In this document: in pieces, positions 1-13,120 of the stretch
Position numbering within the stretch: position 1 is the first letter of the stretch
Layout: each line of letters begins with the position of its first letter
Origin: Sphagnum compactum
Lineage: Eukaryota
NCBI GenBank assembly: GCA_965153455.1
Contig: OZ234494.1
Coordinates: 12,338,001-12,402,000, forward strand
Length of the DNA: 64,000 nt
Direction: 5' to 3'
Translations under genes and position numbers: made by a program
Notes under the pieces: model-generated
What the model was told of the DNA's origin: nothing
What the model saw: only the letters and a program-made list of their open reading frames with translations
Databases searched by the model: none

Positions 1-3000
1 TGTAAGCTTTAAAGCATGAACAAGTAGTCATTAGATTAAATTGAACCCCTCACTTTCATGGTGACAAGGCAAAGCATTAACTATCCACCCACCACTTCAC
101 ATGATGATGGATAATGTCATAAGAAAATAATATAAACACATACTCATTTTGAGTTTCACATTTTATAATTTCAAATCATAAATATATGTCAACATATAAT
201 TCTAGACATGAATCAAGGTTGATACTAAATAGGTAGATGGTGAATATTTTGCTACACATACCTATTTAGTTACCAACCTATTATCTACCTACCTAACTAT
301 TTACCTAACCTATTACCTATTTACTTACCAAACTACATACCTACCTATCCACATGCTATGCAGCTTAGACCACATGCCTAAGGGGCTTGCAACCTACACT
401 TGACACATATGTAAATATGTAACATTATCAATGATTAAAATTTAGAACATATAGTATGTAACAATCCATGTCACCCATGGAGTCACTAAAATTAGTCATG
501 CCATAATAAGCATTGATGTCATGTAGGCATCACAAGATCCATGTGTAATTGACTTTTTTGATTTGACTAAAAAAATTAGTTGATGTAGTAAAATAAGACA
601 TGCCTACTTTTGGAAGGGGCAAAACGGACAAAGAATATTTTTTTAATAATTTCGAATAAGTAAATTTAGTCACATCAATCATTGTAGTCATAGTGCCAAA
701 GGCATAATAGACATGGTTTTGTAGTATTTATAAGATTTATTTTACTATTAAGATAATTTATCAAATTTTTTATTCAAATGATATGAGGAATTAGGTTTAA
801 ATGCATCCCCAAAGGCTTACAAGGTATCAAAGTTTTCTTTTTGATATATAGCTCTATGAAGACTTGAAAGCCTTGGGGGTGAAAACACACTATGGTGGAC
901 CAAAATTAGTGGATGTGGTGTCCATAAAGTCCTATTCATATTGTAAAATTGGAGTTATTATTTCAAAATGGTAGCCATTTTTCTTAAAACTAAAAATTTG
1001 TGAATTTCAAGAAAAGCCTCCCCCAAGAATCCTACATACTACTTATGTTTTGAAATGTACCTCAAAATTCATCAATATTTGAATTTCAAGGATTAAATTC
1101 AACAACTAACTCATACATTTCCATTATTTTAAACAATATTTACTTTCCCATGAATTAGTCGATTCTAGATCTACATTCATGATACCATTCCACCCAAAAA
1201 ATGACATTTATTGGTATATGTCATGATGCATTTTTGAATCCATAATACAAATCATGGATTGCGTCAATGTTGTTGCCCTAACTTAGGAAGTCCACTTTGA
1301 ATTCATAGTATCATTATTTGTCACTCTATTTTTTACAATATTTTCAACTTGTACCCTATTACTAAAAAATGAGTCCTTTCCAATATTTGATCATACTTTC
1401 AAAGTTGTATAGGCCTAGAACTTAACATTCTTATGTGAAAATTGTAGTGTGACACAAAAAAAAATGGGACTATCTAGTGTGCTTTCACCTTTGGGTGTGC
1501 TACTTATTATCTCAGATTAAAATAAAATGGGCATGCAAAAGTTTTGTGATGGGACAAGGACAAGCTCCTAAAGTTGAATTCACAAATGTGTGCAAATGCA
1601 CAAATTAAAATTTTAAAAAAATTAATGGATTTGGAACCAAATTGGTGCTTAGACAAATCATAGATCCATAAGGTTACCATGGTTTAGATTTGGGAAAAGC
1701 CACCACTTTCTTCCTTTATAATATATTTTGTAGCTTCTTGTTATTATCGCTACACATTTGGGAATGTCCAACCAACCTTGTTCACAAGTCTATCATCAAC
1801 CACATCCCTTGGGACTTAGGGTCAATGCTTTCTTTCCTTAAAAACCTTGGTATTGGGTTAACCAAATGACTATAGCAAAGGAGCTTTTTCCTTCTAATGT
1901 TTACAAGATTTTAGAATTTTTTTCACATATCATGTCCACATTTGAGTTCAAAAAACTTTCTTACTTTGGCTAGTTCATGTAACCTAGTGCTAATGCAATT
2001 AGGCTACCAAAACATGGGTTTAAACAAGTTTTGGGTGTCCAATGAAAAGAAACACATGACATTGTTTGATGTGGACATAGACAACTCTACTTTCCCCAAA
2101 AGATTTTCATTTGGTTAGTTGAAGGTGGATACATCGATCATTTCCATGGGATCTTGGTGAATGGTACTTGAAGACCATAATTTCACTTGAAAATGCACCT
2201 CTTTTTGGTTATTTTGTCAAAGGAGGATACCTCTCAAATGCTACGCAAAATGTCTTCCTTGCCAATTTTGATGACCTTCATGCAACAAATTGTGTTGAAT
2301 GTTATTTTTCCTGAGCAAATCATTGCAAGATTATGGCACAACTCTAGGCCCCTCAAAGTTTTTACTCCCATTTGGCAAACTTTTAACCAAGGTGTTGTAG
2401 TTAAATTGTGGCTTGCATGCGTGGGTTTTCCTTCAAACAGTGAAGTTTGTTAGGAGTTTGTCATAAAGACATCCCTAGGACCCCTCAACATTGTCTCATG
2501 GATTGTTCTAAAATTAAATTGACCTTGAATATATATATATATATAAGGAACAAATAAGAAGCTCTCACAAACATTTTTCTCTTGTGGCCCTTGATTCTTT
2601 TAGGCACAATTGTTGTTTGAAAGGAATAGGATGAACATCTTACCCATAGATTGCATGGTGGTGAGTTTTCCTATGTTGGTTAGGTAGTCCTTTCATTAAA
2701 AGAAAATTGAAAATTAACAATCAGATTTTAGTTGTAATAGACACTTATGATTATAGTCCATTTTTCATCCATTATCATGGATGAACATGAATATGACATG
2801 AATCACATGTAGCTTACGTAAAACTTGTTCTTGCGATTACATTCGTGACTACCTTATGAATAGTCGCATGATGCCCATTGCCAAATGTCTTAGCTTTACT
2901 TGGCATAGCTTAATAACCTACCTACATACCTAAGTAAAATAATAGGCAGGTAAGTAAAAGGTGTCTACCCAACATAGCCTACTAGGTTTGCCTAACTTAT

Positions 3001-4135
3001 AAGACGCATACTAACTTAACTTAGCCTATGTTTGGTAGGTTTGCTAACCTATGGCTACGTCCTATGCTTGTAGGTTTCTTAATTTAGCCTAGCTACTTAT
3101 GTAATGTAGCTTAGCCTAAATAAAAAGCCTAGTTTAGCTACATACTTAGGAAATAAGTAGGTAGTTAGCCTAAGGACTAGCTACAAAGGTAAGTAAGTAG
3201 CTTAATCTACCTAGCTAGATAGTTAGATAGCCTAACTTGCTAGGTAGCTAAGTAGCCTATATAGCATAGCCTAGTTAGGTATTTAGGTTTCAAGTTTTTT
3301 GCACCTTACACCAACAAACAAGAGCGCCTATTTTGATAACAACCCCAATAGAACATGATGTCAATTTTATGACAATGCCGATTAATGTCATCTACAATAC
3401 GATGTAGGTGAGCACCCCATTGTCAATAGATTACAATTCAATCAAAAGACGTACCCCGGGAATCTAAATTATCCACAAACTTTTGAGCCCATGAGCTTTT
3501 GTTTTACCGTTCTCACATGGGCTTTCCGCACTCATCACAAAAGTTGAAACCTTGCACATGCATAGCACATTCCAGGTTAGATATCCCCAATAGTCATGGG
3601 CCTACTAAGTACGTAGATTACATACATGTTAGTGCAATCCTTTCCCTTCCCTACCAGCACCCATTCCCATGACCAATAACGTAGTCACACTTTTAATGAT
3701 TTCATGACACTCGTCAAGTCATCTATTTCCATTGACAACATAACAACCACACCCACATAATAAAAGAAAACAACTTATGAACAAACAATGTAATTAATTA
3801 GAGAGTGAACCATTTTTTTAAATTTTTTTTTTTGGCATCATATGTAACATGAGAAAGAGTTGTTATGACCATCAACTTTGAGCCCAATTCACTTTGATCC
3901 ATGTGTGCTCTATCTACACTTTGTTATTTTCCAACTTGGGGCCATCCCTAGCATTTTACTTGACTTCAAATTATATAATTTAGTTGGTCGGTGTGTTGAG
4001 TGTGAACTTGAAGTCAATGGCTTATTTGTTTTGTTGTCATGACCCACAATTGTTTGTGTAAAGTGGGTGGAATCAAGCTAAATGGATTGCAGCCTTGTGG
4101 CTGCCTTGCAAATGGTGCTGGGTCAATTTCACCAC

Positions 4136-4196
4136 ATAATTAGGTTAGCATTTGTTGTACCATCCTATATGGTACAACAAATGCTAACCTAATTAT
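4136..4196. repeat. Perfect 28-bp inverted repeat with 5-nt loop
   Basis: ataattaggttagcatttgttgtaccat (4136-4163) is the exact reverse complement of atggtacaacaaatgctaacctaattat (4169-4196); the loop is cctat. Confidence 0.95.
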
Positions 4197-6877
4197 CTTG
4201 TGGGTCATGGATTCAACAAGACATGATAAATTAGGTGGATATATATATATATGTGGGGTCAAAACCTTAAGGGAGTGTTGGGCAATATGACCTCCCATCA
4301 TGGATGATTAGATAATAACCACACTTGGAAAGGAGGTAGTAGGTACCTAGTAGCCTTAATAGTTCTTTTCCCCCCTTATAAGTGGTTCTAATTATGTTTA
4401 AAACCATTTTAAATTGTATGCTAGATTTGTTTTAAATGGATTTTGATCCATTATTCAATAATTCATTTCTTCACATATATGTATGTGCAAGTCACATAGG
4501 GTAACCCGATTTTCATACATGTTCATTGAAGTCATAATGCTTGATATTAAAATCAAATTAAGGTTTCAAAAGGGAACAAGTTTTAAATTGATGTAGTAAA
4601 AAGAACAACAACTACCCTTTGAAAACAAATGGGCTTACAGGTTGTTCTTTACTTCAAATTTTAATTTTTTTACTTATGTAACCTAAATGTGTGAGATGTA
4701 CCTTAAATCTAGTCAAGACTATCACACAATGCCAAATAGGAGGTTTCCATGTCAATAAGAAACAATTCCGTAGTTGATATTTGAAGTAGATGAATTTGTT
4801 CTTTGGATGTGAGCGACTTTATTTCGTATCCCACCATTTTTGCAATTGAAGCTGAATTGAAATCGAGTTCGTTCATTTGTCTCAAAACCTACATGGAGCT
4901 TTGAAAACCAATTTCAATTTTGTTGGCTTAAATTACTTAAAACTCTTCAAATGTTTCACAACTTGTAGGCATGAAAATCAAATGGATCAAGATATAGTCC
5001 TTAATTAGGGACAAAATACATCCAAGAACGATCGAATAACAACGTTGTTGTAAAGCATTTGGCAGAACAAGTCTAGTGCATCATCGAGAGGGCACATTAT
5101 CAAGTGGGGAATTTTTCCTCCACAAAAGGCTTGTTTTTTCAAAATACCCACCTTGTTTTTCAGTTTTTCATGTAATACCCACCTAGTGTCATGGGAAAAA
5201 AATGATTAAAAAAAATTAAAAAAATAAAAAATAAAAATAAATTATAATAATAAGGCCAATGGTGGCTGATTCTGCCAGGCTCCCCCTTATTGGTCACCTA
5301 TTGGCCACCAGGGCTCTCAACAAAGAATTTTGTCATCTAATGTAACCGACATGGAATCTGAAAATACAACCTAGCCTACAAATTGGACCCTTTGCTCCCC
5401 CATATTTCCACCCTAAAACTGATCCCAGCCAGGGTTTATTATTATTATTATTTTTCCCCTCCAAATTTTGTAATATCTAAAATTTGACAAATATTTTTTT
5501 GAAATTTAAATACTTTCCAAAAAACTAGAAAAAATAGTCAAATTAACACTAGGAGAAGAAAAATTTCCACTTTTTTTTTTTCCTAATAAAAAAGAGAGAA
5601 AATCTTCCAAAAAAGAAAACACTGATCATGGTGTCATGGCCACCATGATGGGGTGAAGCAAGCCCCACCTCTCTAATTACACTTGTTGGATAACTTAAGG
5701 AAGCACTCTAGCACTTCCCCAAGCCCACCCCACCATTGGCACACCACCCATAAACAACACCAAATCACGTGATATATGTCACATGGGTTTGCCTTTTTTT
5801 TGAATTGGTACGAGTGCACAAACTAGTTGCATTTGTGTAAAGCTACTCACATCTTCAAGCTCTTTGATCTCCACCACCACGACAACTCCAACCCCCAACC
5901 CCACAATCCCTCAAAACCAAGCCCTTCCCCCATGTACACACACACACACACACACACACAAAACAACCGCATAGTTCATGTGACCCTCCCCACATGTCCT
6001 AACAGCCCACATGTAACTTGACCCCACAATTCCCCTCCCACTCCAAGAGCACTAAGTGAAGTAGTACTAATTTTGTATACTCGGAGATCATGGCCACAAA
6101 TGTCAACGAGTCATCTTCCCAAGTGAAGAAGATCATGGCCTTAAATTTTGTTTAAAAAACCCATTGAAATGTTCATCATCTAGTTGCAAACAAGTTCAGA
6201 GCTTTAAAAATTATTGATCATCAACTAGTTGAGAAGAAAATCATGGCACTTTCAACATAAAACACACACACACACACACAACCCCCCACCCCCTCCTCCC
6301 CCATCAGAATGGGCCAAAAATGGTCCAAATTGGAGAGTATCCAGTCAGTCATTGGGAGATGAAAGATCATGCCCCAATGTGGAGATCCTAATAAATAACA
6401 AATTTTAATTTCTCCTCCCTTAGATGATCGAGAAACAGCCAAACACCCTTCCAAAAACAACTACCGTCCAAAAACAAACCTAAATGCACCCTCACTAGGA
6501 GCGAGAGAAAGGAAATGATCAAAACCCTACAAAACTTTATTTATAAACACACCGCTTGATTCGGAAAAATGTACAAAGGTATTAGAAACAAGGGAAAATT
6601 TAAAGGACCAAAGTTGCCTATGAAAAATAGCTGATCATGGATTGTTGAGGTTGGGAGTGGTGGTGACTTTTAAGCCGAAGATTAAGTGAATTCTTAATTG
6701 TTTGTTTATTGTGGGTAGTGGCATTTGTTAAAGGTAAAGCCCCTAACATAATCCTGATATAGGAGTTATATCTCTCCACTTTTCATATATTCATGGACTT
6801 AGGTGCCTTCCAAATACTCTAAAATTTCAGGGAGTGCCCATCAATCTGGTGTGGGGAGTTTAGGAGTTTAGGTGTGG

Positions 6878-7124
6878 TAATTGTGGATTGTGGGTGGGTG
6901 GTTTAGATTCAGTTAGTTAATCATGAGTTGAGGGAGGGTTAGATTAAGTAAGGTTAATTGTGGATTGTGGGTGGTTTAGGTTCAGTTAGTTAATCATGAG
7001 TTGAGGGTGGGTTAGATTAAGTAAAGGCTAATTGTGGATTGTGGGTGGTTTTAGATTCAGTTAGTTAATCATGAGTTGAGGGTGGGTCAGATTAAGTAAA
7101 AGGTTAATTGTGGATTGTGGGTGT
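6878..7124. repeat. Tandem repeat, ~75-bp unit, ~3.3 copies
   Basis: The unit taattgtggattgtgggtggtttagattcagttagttaatcatgagttgagggtgggttagattaagtaaagg recurs at ~6878, ~6955 and ~7029, with a partial copy at ~7104. Confidence 0.9.
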
Positions 7125-7496
7125 TGTTTGTGGTTTTAAAAAATGCTCAAAATTGGCCCCCAAGTTTTTTTTGGGGCCCTAACTCCTAGTGTAAAGCGGG
7201 CCCTAAGTAAGTTAAATTTTGGGGGTGGTTGGGGGGAGGAGGTGGGGGAGGGTTTTTTGTGCATGGTTTAGATAGAGAGATTAGTTACCTAATTATGGAT
7301 GGTTTAGGGTTTAGATAGAGAGATTAGTTACCTAATTATGGATGGTGGGTTTGGTGATTGAAATTTTGGATGTTGTTGTGAGTGAGTAGTGTGCGTGCGT
7401 GTGTGTGTGTGTTTTGGGGAGGCGTGATGTTGATCCAGTTGGGAAGGAGTTGTCAGCTTGGTTCTCGTAGCTTCATCACCCACTCCCATTCTTTTA

Positions 7497-7700
7497 TTAT
7501 ATAAATTTCTTAAGTTTGCGGGTTGGCTTGTTATATATATCCACTTCGTTGCTGCGGCACGTCTCATTGTTTGCCAACTTAGCTAATTACGTCCCCTACA
7601 TTTGCAAACTCTATTCAAACGTCGAGCGCGCCTCTCTCCTACTTCTCCTCCTCTTCCTCCTCCTCCTCCCTCCTCAAGAGTTTGTGGCCATTTGCACTTG
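7497..7700 (+). promoter_or_regulatory. Putative core promoter of the PIMT gene
   Basis: TATA-like motifs (7497-7505, 7532-7539), three ACGT cores (~7559, 7589, 7619) and a CT-rich Y-patch (7632-7676), followed by leader/intron-like sequence up to the ATG at 8718. The TSS cannot be determined from sequence. Confidence 0.4.
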
Positions 7701-8717
7701 TTATATTGTTGTCTTGTGATTCCTTCCTTCATTCACAACAACTTCTTGTTCTTGTTCTTGTTCTTCTTCTTATAGTAGTACGTAACAATCAAAGTATTAA
7801 AGCAAGTGATTTTGTTGTGATCTCTCTCAAGTTGCAAGCTTTTTAAATTTTCTATAATTGTTTGTGATTTAGTAGTTCAATTATTATAGAGTCTTAAGTT
7901 TGTTTTTCTTGCTTTGCTTTGCTTTGCTTTGATCCTCGTTTTGAGTTAGACTGGTGTTTGTTCTCGAGTTTTCCTGTAATTGAGTTTTTTTGTGATTGAG
8001 TTTTTGGGGGTAAATTTTCGTGAGAGATTGTGAGAGATTGTGGATCAACAAATTTCCTCTTGCGCGCGCGCGTGTGTCTGTGTGTGTTCAATGTTCTTTT
8101 TTGGGGTGTGGGGTTCAGTTTTGCAATTGTGTTGTTGGTTGGTGTTTTAGCGTTGTCTCTCTTGTTCTTCTTCTTCATCAGTAGGTTCTGAAGAGAAAAC
8201 TTCTCTGACTGTCTGATCGACTAGAGAGCTCCAGAGTTTTGGAACTTCACCTTCTCTGGATCTGTTTGAGGTTTTGGGTTTTGGGTTTATGTGTGGTGTG
8301 TGTGCTTTGGAATTTGGATCTCTACAAGTCTAGATTGATATTGCAGGGCTGTACGTGTTTTGATTCTTAGATTGAGTCTGTTCTTACTTGAATCGTGTTT
8401 CTGGCCCAAGAATCTCTCTCTCTCTCTCTCTCTCTCTACTAGCTCCTAGATCTATCGATTTCTGGATTTCTCAAGCTTCTGTTCAGTGAGTCGGTGACTT
8501 GTAGTCTAATTGTTCTTCAGCTGGACCTGTAATTTGATCGTGTGAACTTGGGGGAAACAATTTAGTTTTAGTTTTACTTGATTTTTTTTCGGTTTTTGTT
8601 GTTGGGTTCTTGGGGGGTTTAACAAAGTCAGCGAAAATAGGGAAGCCGTTTGAACCGGTGTGTGCGTGTGCGCCGCCATACACGTACCCGCCGGCACCCA
8701 CATCCCCCGGCGATGAG

Positions 8718-11700
8718 ATGAGTTGGCATTGCCATGGCACCAACTATGCGGAGCTTGTCTCTAATCTACAAAGTACGTCGTAATGTTCTTCCCATGTCAA
8801 AAACAAAAAAAACAAAGACAAAAGATGCACGTAATTTCTTGAGAAGAATTCATGGATCACTAGACTTCTTTTTTGCACTAATTCAGCGACAAAGAGTTCA
8901 AGAATTCTTCTTCTTCTTCTTCTTCTATTCTTGCTTCTTTGCAGCTCTGAATCTCAGGGATTCAATAGTACCAGTTCTGAATTAACTCACGGATTCAATA
9001 GAACCAGTTCTGAAGTTCAGGGATTCAATCAAACCTGTGCTAATTGATTGGGAACAGTTTGTTTGTGGATGTCTCTTTGTGTGTGTGTGTTTTTGAGGTG
9101 TGGCAAGTACTCACCTAGCTAGTGCACGGGTTTGGCTGCAGAGCGAGGAATCCTGACATCACCAGAGGCGGCTTCGGCTATGTCCAAAGTGGATCGAAAG
9201 CTGTTTGTACCCCCAACAGCATTGCCCTACAATGATTCTCCACAGGTGATAGGTAGGTGGCCCCTGGGCTCCTCCTTTTGCCACTCCACAATGTCATCAT
9301 CCATCCATACATCCACGAATGCACATGCAATTCTTGCACATCTTTCTTAGAGTATAAACCGATGATGGTTGAATCTTGACATGGTTGAATTACATGTAGT
9401 AATGCTCTGCATTTGGGACTCAAGGGTTCTAAAGAAACAAGGAAAATGGGTTCCACCCTAATGAGATTCTCTACAAGGTTTGCAGTGCCCATGCTTCTTG
9501 TTGTTCAACATTTTCTGACTGACTGACTGACTGATAGAGATGCCTATGCCTATGGTGTGGGTTGGGAATTGCAGGATTTGGAGCAACAATTTCAGCTCCC
9601 CACATGGTAAGGTTGGAGATGACTGACCTGTTGATGGATTATCCTTGATGTACTTCAATTCTGATTTGGATTAATGCCATTTTTCTTCTTTGTCTTTTTC
9701 TTGGACCTGACTCCTTTGTGGGATTTGAAAATTGTTGGGATGGGGATTATTATTGTAGCATTCATACTGTCTGTCATTGCTGGCGGATTACTTGAAGCCC
9801 GGGATGTCGGTGCTGGATGTTGGCTCTGGATCAGGCTACTTGACTGCTGTGTTTGGCCTCATGGTTTGTGGATTTCAAACACTCTTGCTCCCCTGAATTA
9901 TTTTTTTCTCTGCTCTTATACCCACCGAAGATTTTTGTTTTGAAGCTCTGGATCAAGCTACTTGAACTGCTGCCAGTGTGTTTGCCAGGCTCATGGTTTT
10001 TGTGGATTTCACACACTCTTGAGCTCCCCTTTTTTTCTTCTCTGCAAAAATCTGTAGAAAGAAGCCAGGAATTTTGTAAGAAACCAATTGAAATCACAAT
10101 GAAGGACTTCCCACATAAATCATCATAATCTTGCATGAAGAAGAAGAAGAAGAAACTCAAGGAACTAACATAAAGACACCTGGATGCTTGGAAAGCATGT
10201 GACTGGGGGTTCTTTGAGACCTGCACCACATTTCTGTTAACAAAGTTGACACTTTTCAGTCACAGGGAGCACCAATACATAGAAAAGAGGGTGAAGAAGA
10301 AAGAAGAATCAGGTCCCATGACTTCAAAGAAGTAACAGAGTGCCAATTCCCTGTATGAACATAGCATTATTTGTCACAGAATTGAGTCTTTTCAAGGGAT
10401 TAGTGGAGGAAGATAAAAGAGGCATAGAAATTATACATTCTCTGCAGAAGAGAGTTTACTGCACCAATTGTGGAAACTGCCTATTGCTCTGAATTCTCCA
10501 GAATTGTTGTTGTTGTACTAGGCTGGACTCTGTTATGAACAAGTTGATGTATCAGATTATCAGTTTCTGGAGATGGAATTGCGGGATTGATTTTCTGAAG
10601 GAATAAAAAATGGCAGGTTGGGGAGACAGGCCGGACAGTAGGGGTTGAACACATTCCAGAGCTTGTCGATAGATCAATTGATGCAATTAAGCAAACACCT
10701 GCTGGCTCTCTCATGGACATGGGCCACCTTGAAGTCATCCGTATGCTTTCTGCACCCTTCCTGTTTGAACCATATTTTTGATAGTTCAAAGTGAACTTTA
10801 CTTGATTCATGATTTTTTTACAGTTACATTATTTTCCCTAAGTTCTCAAAGACTGGATGTGTGGTTTTTGTAGTGGCTGATGGCAAGTTGGGATATGAGG
10901 AAGGAGCACCCTACAATGCAATACATGTTGGAGCTGCTGCTGCAGGTGAGAAGTTCCTCAAACCCCTTGTTGCAATCACATTCCAGCTTGTGTAATTGTC
11001 CTAAATCCTACAGAAATTTATTTTTTTCTGTAGTAAATATCAATGCCAGATATTGTATGTATTGACGTTCTGGCTTTGGAATGCGGTGTTTGGGCATCTG
11101 GTTTGGGAATCAGTACTGCCAGCAGCTCTTGTGGAGCAGCTGAAGCCTGGTGGCCGCATGGTCATACCTGTTGGCACAATGGCCCAAGTAAGCATCTTCA
11201 TTGTCTATTTCTTTAAACAATTTTGCAAACACTTTGCCAAATCTATGACATAAAAACACACATCTCTAAACATACCAGATGCTAAATGTATGACAAAGTA
11301 ACCTCTCTGGATGGAGAGACATACTTCTGAACTGGAGCTCATAATTAGGCAGACTCACTATTGGGCAGGAAGCCTTTCAATCCTGAAACATGGAAATTCT
11401 GAGGACATTGTCAAATGTGGCATAGCTCAAAATGGTTAAGGATGATGCTGAGAACTTTTCAAGTGCAGTTAGTCTCTGAAAATTACTAGTACCAAACCAT
11501 GCAGTTACATTTTGCATGTGAAATTGTTCCTTGAAAATCTTGGTGCCGCATAGTAGGTATCCCATATAAACTTCTAAAAAATAATAGTTTGCAACATCTT
11601 CCTGTTCCACCTTGCTTGGTTGAGAAAATCATAACACAGTTGGTGGTTTTCTCAAACCATGTATGAACAAGGAGATCCATTCACTATGTCCTCCTATCTA

Positions 11701-11812
11701 ACAAATCAAAGTGTTGGGAAACTTTCAGGATCTTGTGATCGTCGACAAGTTGTTGGATGGCACGATTAAGAAGAAAACAGAGATTGGCGTGCGTTACGTG
11801 CCTCTCATTTAA
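8718..11812 (+). CDS. PIMT: Protein-L-isoaspartate O-methyltransferase, 8 exons, 218 aa
   Basis: Exons 8718-8772, 9142-9252, 9575-9606, 9759-9863, 10617-10740, 10874-10945, 11114-11187 and 11729-11812 have GT-AG introns, consistent phases and total 657 nt. Motifs: TISAPHMH, SAM-binding [44 protein letters not shown]. Confidence 0.95.
8947..9040. repeat. Intronic tandem repeat, ~31-33-bp unit x3
   Basis: The unit ctgaa..tcagggattcaatag(t/a)accagtt is repeated three times in PIMT intron 1. Confidence 0.8.
9945..10044 (+). repeat. Degenerate duplicate of the PIMT exon 4 3' end and donor region
   Basis: gctctggatcaagctacttgaactgctgccagtgtgtttgccaggctcatggtttttgtggatttcacacactcttg mirrors 9824-9911 with small indels. 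Confidence 0.85.
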
Positions 11813-12392
11813 GTTATTGCACGTACTATTTAACTGCATATAGAATAGTTGCTTCCATGAGTTGCACTACTTTAGACTTTTTCTACAACTAAAACATCTC
11901 TGTGAATCATTCATTGCCCCTTTTGTGCAAATAAGCAAATATCTCCACTACACTTTTTACTAGAAATTCTTCCTCTGTAATCAAAAACAAGCCATGCCCT
12001 CTGTTCTGCCATATATACAAGAGACAGTAGCTTATGCCAATGGAATTTTGACCTCATATACATAAAAGTTTTTATGTTCCTTTTTCCTTTTTCTGAATGT
12101 TTAGAGAATGTGCTTCACACGCTTGTCCATGAAGAACATAAGGCATTGTGAACAAGAAAGCTGCACCAAATACCTACACCCTGGAAATGGCTTTGTGCAT
12201 GTAAAACAAGAAGAAATAATTGTGTTAGGAAATTCAACAAATGTAGATGATGAAACACTTGTGCCATTGTCTATAAAATTGCATCTACGATTGCAAGGCT
12301 ATGGTGAACCAACAGCCTCTGTCATGCCACCCATTGGAAGCCTGTTATAACTCAGTTGCGGATGAACCCCAACTGGGGGTTGATGTTGGGTT

Positions 12393-13120
12393 TCACCTTG
12401 CTAATCCATCTCTTCCTGATACATCCATGCTCTGTACTAGATTTCTGCGATGAAGATGGAATTTGGAAGGAGAATAGAAATTAATGTTGTCAGTCGAAAC
12501 TTCCAAGAATACACTGGAATCATCCTGGCTTTTCCATGAGTTAAAACAAGTGCAGTTTCCAAGTTGCTGCAACATCATATCCAGCTTATAATCCAAACCT
12601 CTCAGTATACAGATTTGTAGTTTGCAGGTAGCTCACAATAAGTGTACCGAAGTCCTTCAAATCTGTTGAAAACCGACTTCAAAGATTTAAACATATACGT
12701 ATGTTCCATTGACAATTGTCACACTTCAATGTGGTCCTGAAAGATGACATTGCAATCCTGCATGGCTTGGAATTCTGATCCCTCAACTAGTGCTGATTGA
12801 AGCCCGGGTTGCTGCAAGGGTGATAACACTTCTTCCTCTGTAGGTAAGAGCATGCTACATCTAGCAAGGTATTTCTCCAATATCACCGGTCAAAGGTGCC
12901 TTCCACCAGTGATCAATCCTGCAGCATGATGGTAACTGTAAGACACATGGCAACAAGCAGCTTCGCTGTGAGAAAACAAAGACTCATGCAAGGTCCCTCA
13001 TTATCTTCAACCGCATCTTCATCTTTGGGGACTCCCTGTAGATAAAAGCACGAGGACTGAGGTAGTTTGGTGCAAGTTCAAATCAACAAACTCAATATCC
13101 TTGTAGATCAAATGGCCAAT
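12393..13120 (-). pseudogene. Coding-like remnant of unidentified origin
   Basis: Higher-complexity sequence with long stop-poor reading on the minus strand (e.g. LPTEEEVLSPLQQPGLQSALVEGSEFQAMQDCNVIFQDHIEV*), broken by stops and frameshifts. No family recognised. Confidence 0.25.

Noticed and set aside
1560..2500. Possible LTR-retrotransposon gag remnant
   Set aside because: It looks repeat-derived, but I could not read a diagnostic motif.
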